The notes under the pieces are model-generated. The model did not search any database, was not told where the DNA came from, and worked only from the letters and a program-made list of their open reading frames with translations. Positions 10,243 to 21,400 of a DNA stretch of 64,000 nucleotides are shown here, one piece after another. The translations under genes and the position numbers were made by a program. This DNA is from a virus: IMG/VR virus record IMGVR_UViG_3300040796_000034, positions 62,851 through 126,850 of that record, one strand, 5' to 3'. Position 1 is the first letter of the stretch. Each line of letters starts with the position of its first letter.

Positions 10243-11253
10243 TTATAAACCAAAAAATTGTTTTATGTTATCTATTACATTATCATATACTGGATTGTCA
10301 GCATACCGTCCATTAGCTTGCTTAAGTCTTTTAATAAAATATGAAGGGTATAGATGTAAATCGTAGTGATATTCAAACCCTTTTTCTTTTTGTAAAGGAG
10401 CTACTAAATCAATTTCTTTAATTGCTTTGTTTTTAATAGGAAAAGGAGTTATTTTATTAAAAAACTCTTCTTTAATAATAACATTCCTTGTAGGATTCTT
10501 TGATGGTACTATATCTAAATAAGGTGTACCAACAGTTAAATTTCTTAAATCAGATTTATTAATACCAGTTTGGTGAAGTATATATGCCACGTCTTTACTT
10601 GTAAGTCCTCCACCACTATGTCCTATTAAATTTATTTTAGCATCTGGGTTTTTCTGTTTCCAATCATAGATATATTTAGCAATCTTTTCTGAGTCAGTAT
10701 TCTTACCTTTAACAAGATTACCACCTGCTACAGATATAACTGCTTTAGGTTTACCTCGATTAGTCATCTCTTGAGTAACTCCTATTAAGTTAGTTTTATT
10801 TAAAAAACCCTCATCTCTAAAACTCTTTCGTATAGCGCTATAAGCTTCTTTTACCTGAGCATGGTTATTTGATAGCCCGGCAAAGAAAAAAGTTAGTTGA
10901 GGTTTTCCTGTTTTCTTAGGTTTAGGAGTTAGTCCGGTCACTCTCATCTTAGGTATGTCTTTACCTTCTTTAATATTCTTACCAGATTTTTTAAGATTAT
11001 CTTCATACCGAGCTTTAAGAATAAGATAATTAGTAATAGGTCGTCCTAACATAGCTGCTGTTACAACAGTATTCCTAAATATTTTGTTCTTACGAGTTAA
11101 CCCAAACCCAGTAGCTCCTAGTAAAGCTGTATTACTTACAATAAGGTCTCTTGTATAGTTTCTTTCAGACTTTTTCTTATATACCCTACTATGAGACTTT
11201 ACAAGCTTACCATCTCGTATATAAGACTTGACTTGACTTTTTTCTGTTTTCAT
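10243..11253 (-). CDS. alpha/beta-hydrolase (lipase/esterase-like) with basic N-terminal leader
   Basis: FFFAGL oxyanion strand, INLIGHSGGG (GxSxG), LTVGTP, C-terminal His (DLHLY). Confidence 0.7.
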   Translation of the reverse strand: MKTEKSQVKSYIRDGKLVKSHSRVYKKKSERNYTRDLIVSNTALLGATGFGLTRKNKIFRNTVVTAAMLGRPITNYLILKARYEDNLKKSGKNIKEGKDIPKMRVTGLTPKPKKTGKPQLTFFFAGLSNNHAQVKEAYSAIRKSFRDEGFLNKTNLIGVTQEMTNRGKPKAVISVAGGNLVKGKNTDSEKIAKYIYDWKQKNPDAKINLIGHSGGGLTSKDVAYILHQTGINKSDLRNLTVGTPYLDIVPSKNPTRNVIIKEEFFNKITPFPIKNKAIKEIDLVAPLQKEKGFEYHYDLHLYPSYFIKRLKQANGRYADNPVYDNVIDNIKQFFGL

Positions 11254-11258
11254 TCAAA

Positions 11259-11681
11259 CTATTGTAACCGTCTTCCTCTTTTTCTACGATTTAAAGCCCC
11301 CATAGTTATTGCAGTAGCTCCTGCACCTAGCCCAGCCAAACCAACCCCAATAGCACCTCTTCTAGCCCATTTACCTGTTAAAGCTTTTCTTAATGGACGA
11401 AATTTATTAGCTTTACGATAGGCTTGACTTCTAGCACTCTTATCTAAATTTTGTTGAGCAGTTCTTTGTAAGTTTATCTTTGACCCTTTTTGTGGCTGAG
11501 AAGGTTGAGGTGCTTTTTTTAAATTAAACTTATCATTTGCTTCCCTAGCTTGCGCCCTTAATATCTCATCTTGATTTGGTTTATTTAATCTACTCTCTCT
11601 TTGACGCTTAAACTTATCATTTGCTTCCCTAGCTTGTGCCCTTAATATCTCATCTTGATTTGAAAAATTAATGTAATTCAT
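11259..11681 (-). CDS. basic protein with 17-aa duplication and C-terminal hydrophobic segment
   Basis: NQDEILRAQAREANDKF twice; GAIGVGLAGLGAGATAITMGAL followed by NRRKRGRR. Confidence 0.65.
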   Translation of the reverse strand: MNYINFSNQDEILRAQAREANDKFKRQRESRLNKPNQDEILRAQAREANDKFNLKKAPQPSQPQKGSKINLQRTAQQNLDKSARSQAYRKANKFRPLRKALTGKWARRGAIGVGLAGLGAGATAITMGALNRRKRGRRLQ

Positions 11682-11711
11682 AATTTTTTTTATATTTGAT
11701 TTTTTATTTGT

Positions 11712-12062
11712 TTAGAATTTCCATACATGATTCGGGTCGTCTAATTTCCGACGTATCTCTTCAGTAGTATTATCTTTACGAGCTTTTCTCATAGCTTCTC
11801 TATAAGTCTTCTGCGTATCTCTAACCGCCGCATCTGAGGCAGCTTTCTTTTGAGCTTTTGACACACCCCCCATAGTCGATACATTCTTTCTAACATTAGA
11901 AGCTTTACGAACTCTTGGAAACTTACCTCTAGTTGCTAATAAAGAAGCACCTCCCGCTAAACCAGTAACACCTACCCCTGCAATTGTACCAGCAATAAGA
12001 GCTTGTGTACCTCTATGCTGTTCTTTAAATCTTTGTACAAGACTTTTTTTTATTTTTTTAAT
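11712..12062 (-). CDS. 116-aa basic ORF missed by the track (begins ATT; in frame with the upstream ORF)
   Basis: Manual translation IKKIKKSLVQRFKEQHRGTQALIAGTIAGVGVTGLAGGASLLATRGK...HVWKF*; same composition as its neighbours. Confidence 0.6.
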   Translation of the reverse strand: MKKIKKSLVQRFKEQHRGTQALIAGTIAGVGVTGLAGGASLLATRGKFPRVRKASNVRKNVSTMGGVSKAQKKAASDAAVRDTQKTYREAMRKARKDNTTEEIRRKLDDPNHVWKF

Positions 12063-12065
12063 AAA

Positions 12066-12872
12066 TTATCTTACTACTCTTCTATAAGCTTTATTTAGTA
12101 TATCTAATGACCTTAAACCTTTTTGTTTAACCCATTTTTTAGCTTGCTGATAACCTTGGTTAGTTCCTTTAGTTACATTACTTGCAACATTAGAGATTCC
12201 TTGCTGTAATCTAGGGTTTCTCCTTTGTCCCCAAGAATCAATACGGTAGGTAGGTGAGCTTCTATTGCCTGTTAAGTCAATTCTTCTATATGCAGTCTTC
12301 CCCCTAGAAACAAATCGACCTCCCGGATTCTTAATATATCCACCGTTATTCTGTTGACCTAATGTAGTAATATTACTTTGTTGAGGTGTTTCTACCTTTG
12401 GGAAGATATTTCTATTATTCTCTAACGGGTGTACTTTAGGAAATATATTTCTGTTGTTTTGTAAACTGTTAGGTACTCCAGGTACACTAGGTATTCTCTG
12501 TTGAGTATTTTGATTACCTCGTACTGCTAAAGCACCTCCAGGAGTTTTCTTTCTAGGCCCTACAGCCTGGTCAAGAGTTAAAGACCTAGCAGGGGGTAAA
12601 GCTCTTGTAGGTTGTTTAGGGACTCTTGCTTTAGGTACAGTTGCTAAGGCTCCCGCAGCTTGTGGTGAATAATTTCTAGGTTGATTAGCTTGTGTAGGGA
12701 CTCTGCTTGGTGGTAAAGCAGCTTGTGGAGATTTAGGCTGTTTAGGAACTTTTCTACTACGTCTTTTCCTTCTAACGGCATTAGGGTCAGCACTACGCAT
12801 CTGACCATTACCACGATTATCATAAACTACTTCTGGTATTACATTTCTGAAATAAATATACCTTGGTCTCAT
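12066..12872 (-). CDS. basic, Pro/Gln/Arg-rich disordered protein
   Basis: 268 aa; repeats KVPKQP..ALPP and NNRNIFPKV twice. Confidence 0.6.
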   Translation of the reverse strand: MRPRYIYFRNVIPEVVYDNRGNGQMRSADPNAVRRKRRSRKVPKQPKSPQAALPPSRVPTQANQPRNYSPQAAGALATVPKARVPKQPTRALPPARSLTLDQAVGPRKKTPGGALAVRGNQNTQQRIPSVPGVPNSLQNNRNIFPKVHPLENNRNIFPKVETPQQSNITTLGQQNNGGYIKNPGGRFVSRGKTAYRRIDLTGNRSSPTYRIDSWGQRRNPRLQQGISNVASNVTKGTNQGYQQAKKWVKQKGLRSLDILNKAYRRVVR

Positions 12873-12873
12873 T

Positions 12874-15726
12874 TTAGAATTTTTTGTAAGTTTCTAATCT
12901 ATTGTACAATATTCCCATCTTATACTCAATATTATAAATCTTATCTCTTAAAGTCTTTAATCTTTTAAACCTTTCACTACCTAATTCATCAACCATATCT
13001 CGTGTAAATCTACGTCTATCAAAAATCTTTAGATACTCTAAAATAACATCTCTATCACCTGATAAGTTAAACTCTTGACCAATAGTGTCATATAGCTCCT
13101 CTAACTGTCTTCTTTGATTACGGTATGTATTCTTAGCTCTCTTATAGATTCTTTGACTACTTTTAAAAGTTTCTTTATAACCTAAATCTTTAGCTCTTCT
13201 ACTATATAGAGGCTTAAACTTAATATTCTCAAATCGATTAATGTAATTTAACCACTCAGCGTTATTTACACTCTCTTTTAGTAGGTATTTACCGTTGTCT
13301 AGTTTAGTGAAAATACCGTCTAATTCTCCCTGTCTAATAAATAGTTCGGTTACATTATTCTGTACATTCTTAAGATTAATTTCATTGTTTCTAAAATTGT
13401 TAATATCTCGAATCTGTACATTAATTTTAAACCCTTTTCTATACCGTTGAATAGGTGTGTTTAAACTTTTAGAGGTTCTATAAACTAAATCATCTAAGTT
13501 ATTATAAGAAGATAGTTCGCGAGTAGCTGCTTCAAGACTGTCTGTTAGTAAATCTAATGTCTCAGGTATTTTTTTACCTTTAATCTTTGAGATAATAGCA
13601 TTGTTAGTATTCCTTAGCTGTCCTTTATTAAATGGAAGTACGTTACGCTTTATTAGGGCACTCTCAACACTTGTAATTGATTCTATGTAGTCTTTATTAA
13701 TAAGACCTCTATCATCTTTAAAAGCATCTCTAGTACGCTTAAAATCGTTAACAAGTTTTAAAGTATCAGTTTCTTCAACAACCTGTTTTTTTACATCTAA
13801 GGGTAGATGACCTGCAACTCTTTCTGTTTTCTCCCTGATAGTACGCTCCATTTCATTAATCGATATACCGAAAGTATCCATACTACGGTTTATGTCACTA
13901 ACTTCATTAACAAGATTTCGAGTAGCTTCTTTATACTCACCTAATTTCAGTTGAATAGTGGTAACATCTATCTCTGGTAAAGTTAATAAACTATCTATTT
14001 CATTTCTTAACTGTGAAGCCTTTCTTGATTTAATTATATATCCTTCTGCTAATTCTTTATAGTTAATAGCTTGTTCAAGATTATTTACTCTAATACCTGT
14101 CTTAAAAGCTTTCGACTCTTTCTCTGTTTCTTGATTTACTTGTTCAGTTAACTCTTTAACATTAGGGACTTCTGTAAGAGTTTGTACAACAGGAGTTTCT
14201 GATTCTGTAGTTTTAGGTTCAATATCTTTGTTAACACCAGATTCTACACCTTCATTAACCTGTTCATAGACTTTTTGTACTTCAGAATAAGCTGATTTAA
14301 TAGTCTCTTGATTTGATTTACCAAATTCTTGTACAGTATTAAGTACATCCGTAGAAATGCTTCGTAGTGAAGGTCTAAAAGCTCGATAAGCAGCGTATAA
14401 AAGAACTGTACTAGCTATTCCACCAAAAAGTGCCGCTCCAAACTTCTTAGAGTCAATATCAGGTTGTTTATCAATACTTACAGCGCCCGTAGTACCACCT
14501 TTTACGTCGTCTGAAATAGGTATCCAGAAACATCCACAATAGGGGTGTGCAGGTATCATAGGTATCTTATTACCTATCTGAGAAAGAAGACCTTGAGACA
14601 TCTTTCCTTCTACCGGAGTAGGGAAAGACTTACCTGTAAAAGCAAATTTAGGACTCATTAAATCTAAAATGTTAAAAATCTTACCGTCCATACCAATACA
14701 GAAATGACAAGTCTTATCGGACAAAACACCTGTACGAAGACCTTTAGGTGTAGTAGTTTTATGTTTTTGAATATCTTCAACCTTTAGTTTTACCGGAGTC
14801 TTTACACGACCATATTCTAAATAACCCGCTGTCCACCTTACTCGGGTATAACCTCTTCTTAAGTATTCATCTAATATACCTAAGTTGTACATAGCATTTG
14901 TTTCTGTAATTACAATTTTACGGATACGTCTAATAAACCGACCTCGTATGTCAATATCTCTTTTACTAGGAACACCTTTAGATAGAGTTTGGAAAGCCGT
15001 GTCTCTTTTTAAGTCAGCACTATTATAAAGGTCATTAATAACTTCCTCCACAGCATTACCGTAGTTACCTTTAGCTTTATAACGATTATTGAAAGAAGAG
15101 ATAGACTTTTTAGTAGATTCAGTTAAATCCCTATTCCAGACTTCAGCTAAAAAATGTTGACGTTTATCTAAATAGGTTTTACCGAATTTAGTGTAATTAA
15201 TATCTACATTAGATTTAAAAGTCGTATAAGGGGCTTTACCTTCTTTAAGCTCTAACTCTTTAAAAGTTTCTAATACATTAAGCTTGTGGTTAATATCTCT
15301 CTTTATTATTTCACTACTACTTCTATAGTAATCAGGAGATGTACCGAACTTACCTACTCTTTTAGGTGGAGGGACTATTCTGGAATTAGTCCTTAACCTT
15401 CTTTGTTCATCTTCATTTCTTATAAACTCAGCAAATGTAGATGTATCTGTATTTAGTAAAAAAGAAATAGGAGATTTATTCTTTTCAATATTCCTAATAC
15501 CTTGTTCTTTCCCAAAAAGAAACGATGCAAAATGTAAAGTCTTAAGTTTTTTAACCAATATATGTTTAACTCTTACTGGTATATTCTTAATCTCTCTACC
15601 TTTACCTTGTTTAGATAATTCAAATTTAATGTAAGTCTGAGTATCCCTGCTAATTACTTCAGTGAAATAATCAGTAATAGTATCGGTAACAGCTTGAGTG
15701 ACCCGTCTTTGATTAGCTATTGACAT
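12874..15726 (-). CDS. MuF/SPP1 gp7-like head morphogenesis protein with long C-terminal extension
   Basis: IVITETNAMYNLG, RVRW, DKTCHFCIGMDGKIF, IPAHPYCGCFW; adjacent to TerL. Confidence 0.75.
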   Translation of the reverse strand: MSIANQRRVTQAVTDTITDYFTEVISRDTQTYIKFELSKQGKGREIKNIPVRVKHILVKKLKTLHFASFLFGKEQGIRNIEKNKSPISFLLNTDTSTFAEFIRNEDEQRRLRTNSRIVPPPKRVGKFGTSPDYYRSSSEIIKRDINHKLNVLETFKELELKEGKAPYTTFKSNVDINYTKFGKTYLDKRQHFLAEVWNRDLTESTKKSISSFNNRYKAKGNYGNAVEEVINDLYNSADLKRDTAFQTLSKGVPSKRDIDIRGRFIRRIRKIVITETNAMYNLGILDEYLRRGYTRVRWTAGYLEYGRVKTPVKLKVEDIQKHKTTTPKGLRTGVLSDKTCHFCIGMDGKIFNILDLMSPKFAFTGKSFPTPVEGKMSQGLLSQIGNKIPMIPAHPYCGCFWIPISDDVKGGTTGAVSIDKQPDIDSKKFGAALFGGIASTVLLYAAYRAFRPSLRSISTDVLNTVQEFGKSNQETIKSAYSEVQKVYEQVNEGVESGVNKDIEPKTTESETPVVQTLTEVPNVKELTEQVNQETEKESKAFKTGIRVNNLEQAINYKELAEGYIIKSRKASQLRNEIDSLLTLPEIDVTTIQLKLGEYKEATRNLVNEVSDINRSMDTFGISINEMERTIREKTERVAGHLPLDVKKQVVEETDTLKLVNDFKRTRDAFKDDRGLINKDYIESITSVESALIKRNVLPFNKGQLRNTNNAIISKIKGKKIPETLDLLTDSLEAATRELSSYNNLDDLVYRTSKSLNTPIQRYRKGFKINVQIRDINNFRNNEINLKNVQNNVTELFIRQGELDGIFTKLDNGKYLLKESVNNAEWLNYINRFENIKFKPLYSRRAKDLGYKETFKSSQRIYKRAKNTYRNQRRQLEELYDTIGQEFNLSGDRDVILEYLKIFDRRRFTRDMVDELGSERFKRLKTLRDKIYNIEYKMGILYNRLETYKKF

Positions 15727-15741
15727 ATTTTATTCATGTTA

Positions 15742-17448
15742 TTAATTAAAAATATTTCTCCTACTTTTTATGACTTTTTCCGTTCGGTAAATATCTGTAA
15801 GAGATGTATTGTTAGGTAAGAAGTTAAAATCACTTCCTACTAAACTTCTAGTAATTTGTTTAGGGTATATTGATGTTGCATTTACATATTGACCTCCGGT
15901 TAAAGTAGGTACAAGGTTTTCTTCACCATATAAAACAGTGTAAATAAAAGCATCCATCAAATCATCATTTTTACAAAAAGGAAATGTAAGTAGTTGATTC
16001 TTTAGTTTTTTCACTAACGGTACAATCTTTTCATTAGGAAAAAATACTCTAAAATCTTGAAACACAGGTATAGTTGCTTGTAATCTTACTAATTTACTCT
16101 TACCGTATTTCCTAGATTTAATAGGTACAATACCTGGTACTTTATCTCGTAAAGCTGCAATAGTAGCAGGGCCTATAATCTCTTCTTCAATACACTTGGC
16201 TGACAAAGAATATTTCTTATCAAACATCTTAATAATATCTACAACTTCTTCAAACTCTAATCTTTCTTCAATCATATCCAATATCGTGTAACAGTATTTA
16301 TCAATGTGTTTTCTAATACCTGTAACAACCATACCAGTGTAGTCATTGTTATCTTCAGTTATATAAGACAAATCAGCACCCAGTATTATGTGGTCATATT
16401 CACTTGAAAGGGATAAAGCTGTTTGAAAGTATTGTACATTAACCACATTACCTTTCTTCTTACCAGGGTTTTGTTGATACTGCTGTTCAAAAGTGATTGG
16501 TAGCTTATCGTTAGCTAGTTGGTTCTGTAAGGTCTGTAATTCTTTTTTTGTGTACAAGTCATCTACAAGAGGTTCCCCTATCGTTGTACGCCAATCTTTG
16601 AAATGTAAACTTGTTCTTGATTTACTTTCACCTGTATAAAGAAAAGGTAAATTAAGATGTTCCCATTCACCTGTCTCTACAAGAAAACCAGCAGGGTCGT
16701 CTTCAGCTAGTCTTTGCATGATAAGGATTATGACCTTATCAGGACTATCGTGGTTAATACGAGTGAATACAGTGCTAATAAGGTCGTCAATAACACGCTT
16801 TTTAGTTTTCGTACTGTTAGCATGGGCGGCTTTTAACGGGTCATCTATGATAATAAAGTCAGCACCAAAGCCTGTAATAGTTGCACCTAGACCAGCGCTG
16901 TATCTATACCCTTCATAGTTGTTAAGGTAAAAATCTTCAGTAGATTTCTTAATGACAACTTTCTCTTTTCTCTTCTTTCTTACTCCCGCAATATCATCTA
17001 ACTCTTTATACTCTTCTGATTCGATAAGCATCTTAGTCTTTAAACTAGCATTCTTAGCAATCATATCTGAGTAAGAAACTGAAATGATTTTCTTTTCCGG
17101 GTTATGTAAGTGAATATAAGCAGGTAAATAGATTGAGGTATATAAAGTCTTACCTAATCGCGGCATAATATTAATGACCAGTCGTTTGATACCTCCGTCT
17201 ATCGTTGCTTGTAAATGTTCAACCAGGACTTCTATAGCTTTTCTCTCTACAAAACTATTCTCTCCATAACGACTGTTAAACATATAACGACTGAAGCTAT
17301 AAAGATTTTCTAATGCAGATAACTTAGATTCAATTGCTAATAGTTGTTTTAGTCTTTTATCTCTGTACAACAACTGTTTCTTTTTATCTTCAATCTCTTT
17401 ATATTTATCAGTCTTTATTATTCGACTTTCCAGAGTCTTCCCTTTCAT
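15742..17448 (-). CDS. terL: terminase large subunit
   Basis: Walker A INIMPRLGKT, ITGFGADFIIIDDP Walker B, IMQRLAEDD, YQQNP, nuclease GADLS...FP..KNDDLMDA. Confidence 0.92.
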   Translation of the reverse strand: MKGKTLESRIIKTDKYKEIEDKKKQLLYRDKRLKQLLAIESKLSALENLYSFSRYMFNSRYGENSFVERKAIEVLVEHLQATIDGGIKRLVINIMPRLGKTLYTSIYLPAYIHLHNPEKKIISVSYSDMIAKNASLKTKMLIESEEYKELDDIAGVRKKRKEKVVIKKSTEDFYLNNYEGYRYSAGLGATITGFGADFIIIDDPLKAAHANSTKTKKRVIDDLISTVFTRINHDSPDKVIILIMQRLAEDDPAGFLVETGEWEHLNLPFLYTGESKSRTSLHFKDWRTTIGEPLVDDLYTKKELQTLQNQLANDKLPITFEQQYQQNPGKKKGNVVNVQYFQTALSLSSEYDHIILGADLSYITEDNNDYTGMVVTGIRKHIDKYCYTILDMIEERLEFEEVVDIIKMFDKKYSLSAKCIEEEIIGPATIAALRDKVPGIVPIKSRKYGKSKLVRLQATIPVFQDFRVFFPNEKIVPLVKKLKNQLLTFPFCKNDDLMDAFIYTVLYGEENLVPTLTGGQYVNATSIYPKQITRSLVGSDFNFLPNNTSLTDIYRTEKVIKSRRNIFN

Positions 17449-17746
17449 GTTTATAGCTCGGTAGTTTGTACAAGAGTTCTAAGTATTTTCTAGTGTCTTT
17501 TAACGAAAAGTTACTCTGTTTAAGGTATTGACATATATCAACAATATCCCAAGTAAGACCTTTCTTTTCCCAACAATCTAAATAACCTATTAGTACAGGT
17601 GATTTTAATACAGATAAAGAGTTGATATAGATGTTTATTCTACGCAACTCTCTATCGTATTCAATGTAACTATTCTTCAGTAGGCTGTGTAGCTTCTGTT
17701 TCTTTTTTGTTCTGGATATATGTTTGAGTAATGGATTTATATACAT
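17408..17746 (-). CDS. hypothetical protein
   Basis: 112-aa ORF overlapping the terL start. Confidence 0.45.
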   Translation of the reverse strand: MYINPLLKHISRTKKKQKLHSLLKNSYIEYDRELRRINIYINSLSVLKSPVLIGYLDCWEKKGLTWDIVDICQYLKQSNFSLKDTRKYLELLYKLPSYKHEREDSGKSNNKD

Positions 17747-18425
17747 TATTAAAATCGGACAATCTTTGCTTGTCTCTTACCATTTTTTCTCGGTAGTTTG
17801 GATTATAAACATCTTTAGTAGTCTCTACAAACCCTTTATGGTATTCAAAAACAAACTTAGCAGGATGGTATTTGTAAACGTTGCTTATAAGATAAACACC
17901 TCGGTCAACCTCTTCATTACTTTCAAAGCCACCAAAAGTTGCAGTTTTGTTTTCTGTATCGATGTCAATAATTTTTGCATTTGGAATTTCCTCTTGTACA
18001 TCTTCTAACTTCTGCTGAATCTTTAGTATGAATCTCTTCTTATGTAATTCACGAGCAAACTCTTCATACTCTTTTTTCTCAATTAACTTCCACCTATCGG
18101 GGTCTCTAGGAGTGTAAATAATATCTACCTCTTTTCTTTCATAGTCAGGTTCACCTCGATACACCTGTAAAGCACACCATTTAGTCCTTGCATCTTTCAT
18201 TTTGTATGTACCGAATTTAGGGATATGATAATAGTTATATCCTTCATTAGTAAAACAATCAATTAGTACGTTCTTATAGGCAGATAATATTTTTCGTATC
18301 TCAGCAAGACTGAATTTAATACCCTGTCCATATAATATTGTCTGTATCTTTTTAATTAAATCCTCTTGAGTTAATTGTTTTTTCTCTATCTCAATTACTG
18401 TGGATTCTCTAGGTTCTTTTAGCAT
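17670..18425 (-). CDS. HU/IHF-like DNA-binding protein with large insertion
   Basis: LTQEDLIKKI..SLAEIRKILSAY..VLIDC..YHIPKFGTYKMK matches the HU N-terminal fold. Confidence 0.5.
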   Translation of the reverse strand: MLKEPRESTVIEIEKKQLTQEDLIKKIQTILYGQGIKFSLAEIRKILSAYKNVLIDCFTNEGYNYYHIPKFGTYKMKDARTKWCALQVYRGEPDYERKEVDIIYTPRDPDRWKLIEKKEYEEFARELHKKRFILKIQQKLEDVQEEIPNAKIIDIDTENKTATFGGFESNEEVDRGVYLISNVYKYHPAKFVFEYHKGFVETTKDVYNPNYREKMVRDKQRLSDFNNVYKSITQTYIQNKKETEATQPTEE

Positions 18426-18426
18426 T

Positions 18427-21400
18427 TTAAATTAATATTTGGTTGTGTAACTCGTTGAGTGTATTAATTATCTTGTCTTCAATATCAACTAACTCATAGT
18501 AAGAGCCTTTATTAGGTGCTGTGACCTCGTTAGTTAAGTAGGATTTAAAACCAATTAAATGACTTATCTCTGCTAAGAGTCTGTTCGGTGAAGGTCTTCC
18601 TTTAGGCCATCTACTTTTATTTGGTTCAATATCTATAAGAGCTTCTTCTATTCCACCTTGAGGTATATTAGTCGGTATATCATAGCCATATTTAGTTTTT
18701 AAAGTTTCTTTTAATTCTAAATATCTTGTATGGATTTTAGTTTTAGATGCTCTAACATTCTCTAACTCTTTACTATTCTTTACATAATTTTTATAAGTAG
18801 ATAATTTTTTCCCAAGAATTAATCTATCAACATCATCTCCTTTAATTTCATGGTAGTTTTTTAACCACATAATTAAATCCATGTTAGGTATATTGTATTT
18901 TTTAGAAATCTTATCTATCTCATAAAAATTAACATTTAAGTCTCTATTTACGGTTTTTATATTTTTTACACCGGGAAATAATTTTTTTAATTCTCGTATA
19001 TCATCATCTGTATGAATGACTTTATTTTTGTAAGAAATATGTTTACCAATAAACTCTTCATAAGCTTCGAGACTTTGTGGATATTTTGTTCGATTTTTTA
19101 AACCTTTGACAGTTTTTAAATAGGATTCAGTGAAAGATGTAATATCCTCTAGTTTTTGTGTATCTAATATAGCCTTCTTACTTTGTACAATCTCTTTAAC
19201 TTTATCTAACGTTACAACGTCTTGGATAAGCTCGCTATTAGTTTCAATGTTTTTACCAAAACTCCTACCGAGTTCATGTCTTACATTATAAAGCTTTTTG
19301 TATGCTTTGATATCCTTACTAAGCTCCTTGTACTCTTTATCTAAACTTAATACAGCATCATCGACTTTACCTTGTATCTTAGTTAAGTTAGTCTGTAACT
19401 CTTTAGAAGAAATTAAATCGTCATACCCGGCAAGCTTATTTTTATACCACTGTAGATTAGCTTTTAGCGTTGACAACTCTTCGATATGAGTCTTTATCTT
19501 ATTTCTACTGTTTACAAGCTTTTGGCGCGGTATATCGTCGGTATATTCTAATATTTCACCTAAGACTCCTTTAACAGATGAACCTCCTTCATAAGGAACA
19601 TACGTCTCGCTAATACTATCTTTAACTTTATTAAAAATCTTACTTCGTACCCTGAAATAATTACGACCTACTTCCCCTGATTTTTTAGCACCTTCACCAG
19701 TAAAAGAGCCTAAAGCATTCATTTTTCTTAGTGAAGTAATGTAGGGGTTTGATTGCATATTAAATTGTGTAGTGGCTATATTTTCTAATACCTCAGTATC
19801 TCGTAAATGATTGACAAGGAATACATCTCCTACACCATCTTTCAATCTCATATTTTTAAGAAAACTCTCTCTTTTCAAATATGTTGCAAATAATTTATTC
19901 AAAGCTTTTTCTGTATTAGCCTCTTCTTTAGCAATTTCTATAGCTAAGTCTTTACTTATATAGGAAAGTGTTTTATCTATCTCTTTCTCTATTTGAGGTA
20001 TTCTTTTCTTAGCAAAGTCTTTAATCTCTTTATCTAGTTCAAGAAATTCGTTAAATCTTTGTGTTCTTTGTCTAATTAATATATCATCAGCTTGTATTCT
20101 AGCTTTTATATCTTTATCAACGGACTTAACTTTTTCATATTTACCTTGTAAATCTTTGTTAATAATCCTATTCTTAGGTAATCTATCAAGCCGTTCTTTA
20201 GTTTTCTCTAGTTCAAGAATCTTTTTCTCTAACTTATTTACATAGATATCTGATTGAACTAAGCCTTTAGAGCGTTCCTTAAGCCTTGTAACACGCTGAA
20301 AGACATCTAACCGACTCTTATCACCTAAACGACTTAACTCTTTCTCTAAATCGCTTAAAATGGCTCTCTGGTGATTGCCTAGAATAGCTGTGTTCTCTTC
20401 TTTAAGCGTCAGTAAAGTTGAATCAATAACAGACTCTATTTTGTTTCCTTTATATTTCTTATTTAATAAGGACTCAATATCGTTAAGATTTTTCTCAAGA
20501 TTCTTTCGATTGATACTCTTTACTTTTTCACGTTCTTTCTTTAATAATGTCAGTGAATCGTTGACTAGCTTTTGCTCATCTTTAATAAGTTGAGTAATTT
20601 CTTTACGTCTAAAACCGGAAGACGTGAAATAAGTATGGCTATATAAATCTTCAGAACTCTCTGCAAGCTTCTCAAAATAGTTTATATTAGTAGTTTCTTT
20701 TATTTCACCTAAAGAACTTCTCTTATTAAGGTTAATGTAATCGTCAATAGTATTTTCAATACTGTTAAGTCTTTTATCTACACGCTTACCACGATGGAGT
20801 AAATTCTTAAGTCTTAACGATTCATCTTGTATTTCTTTTGCCGCCGAAGATAACCCCATTGTAAGTTTACCTTCTATACGACTAAATACATCAAGCCTTT
20901 GTTGAGCTACTGTTATTCTACGAGCGTTACTAAAAACAGGCTTTGTCTGTAGTATTCCAAAATTTTTAAAACTATTCTGGTCAATACTTTTCTGTACAGT
21001 ACCAGAGACAATAAGATTGTTTTCAATAAGTTCTTTTGTAGAAACTATTTTAAGATTTTTTTTTTGAGAAATAGGTAAAAGTTTTGTATTGTCTATATTA
21101 TTCTCAACCCAGTCTTTAAGTATCTGTTTTTGATACTGACTTTTTTGAGCTTCAATACTTTCTTCTGAAAGAACAATACCCTTATTTACTAATTCACTTT
21201 GTATTTTTCTGTAGTTAGCAGCTTTCCTGCTTAAGTCATTATATCTTTCAAGTAGTGAAATATCAATAGAAGGTTTTAACACTCTATTTTTTAATTTAGA
21301 CTCGTAAGCTTGACTACCATACTTAAGGAGTTCATCATATATCTTAGGGTTTTGTTTGTACATCCTAAGACCTAAAAGATTTATTTCAGATTCTATTCTA

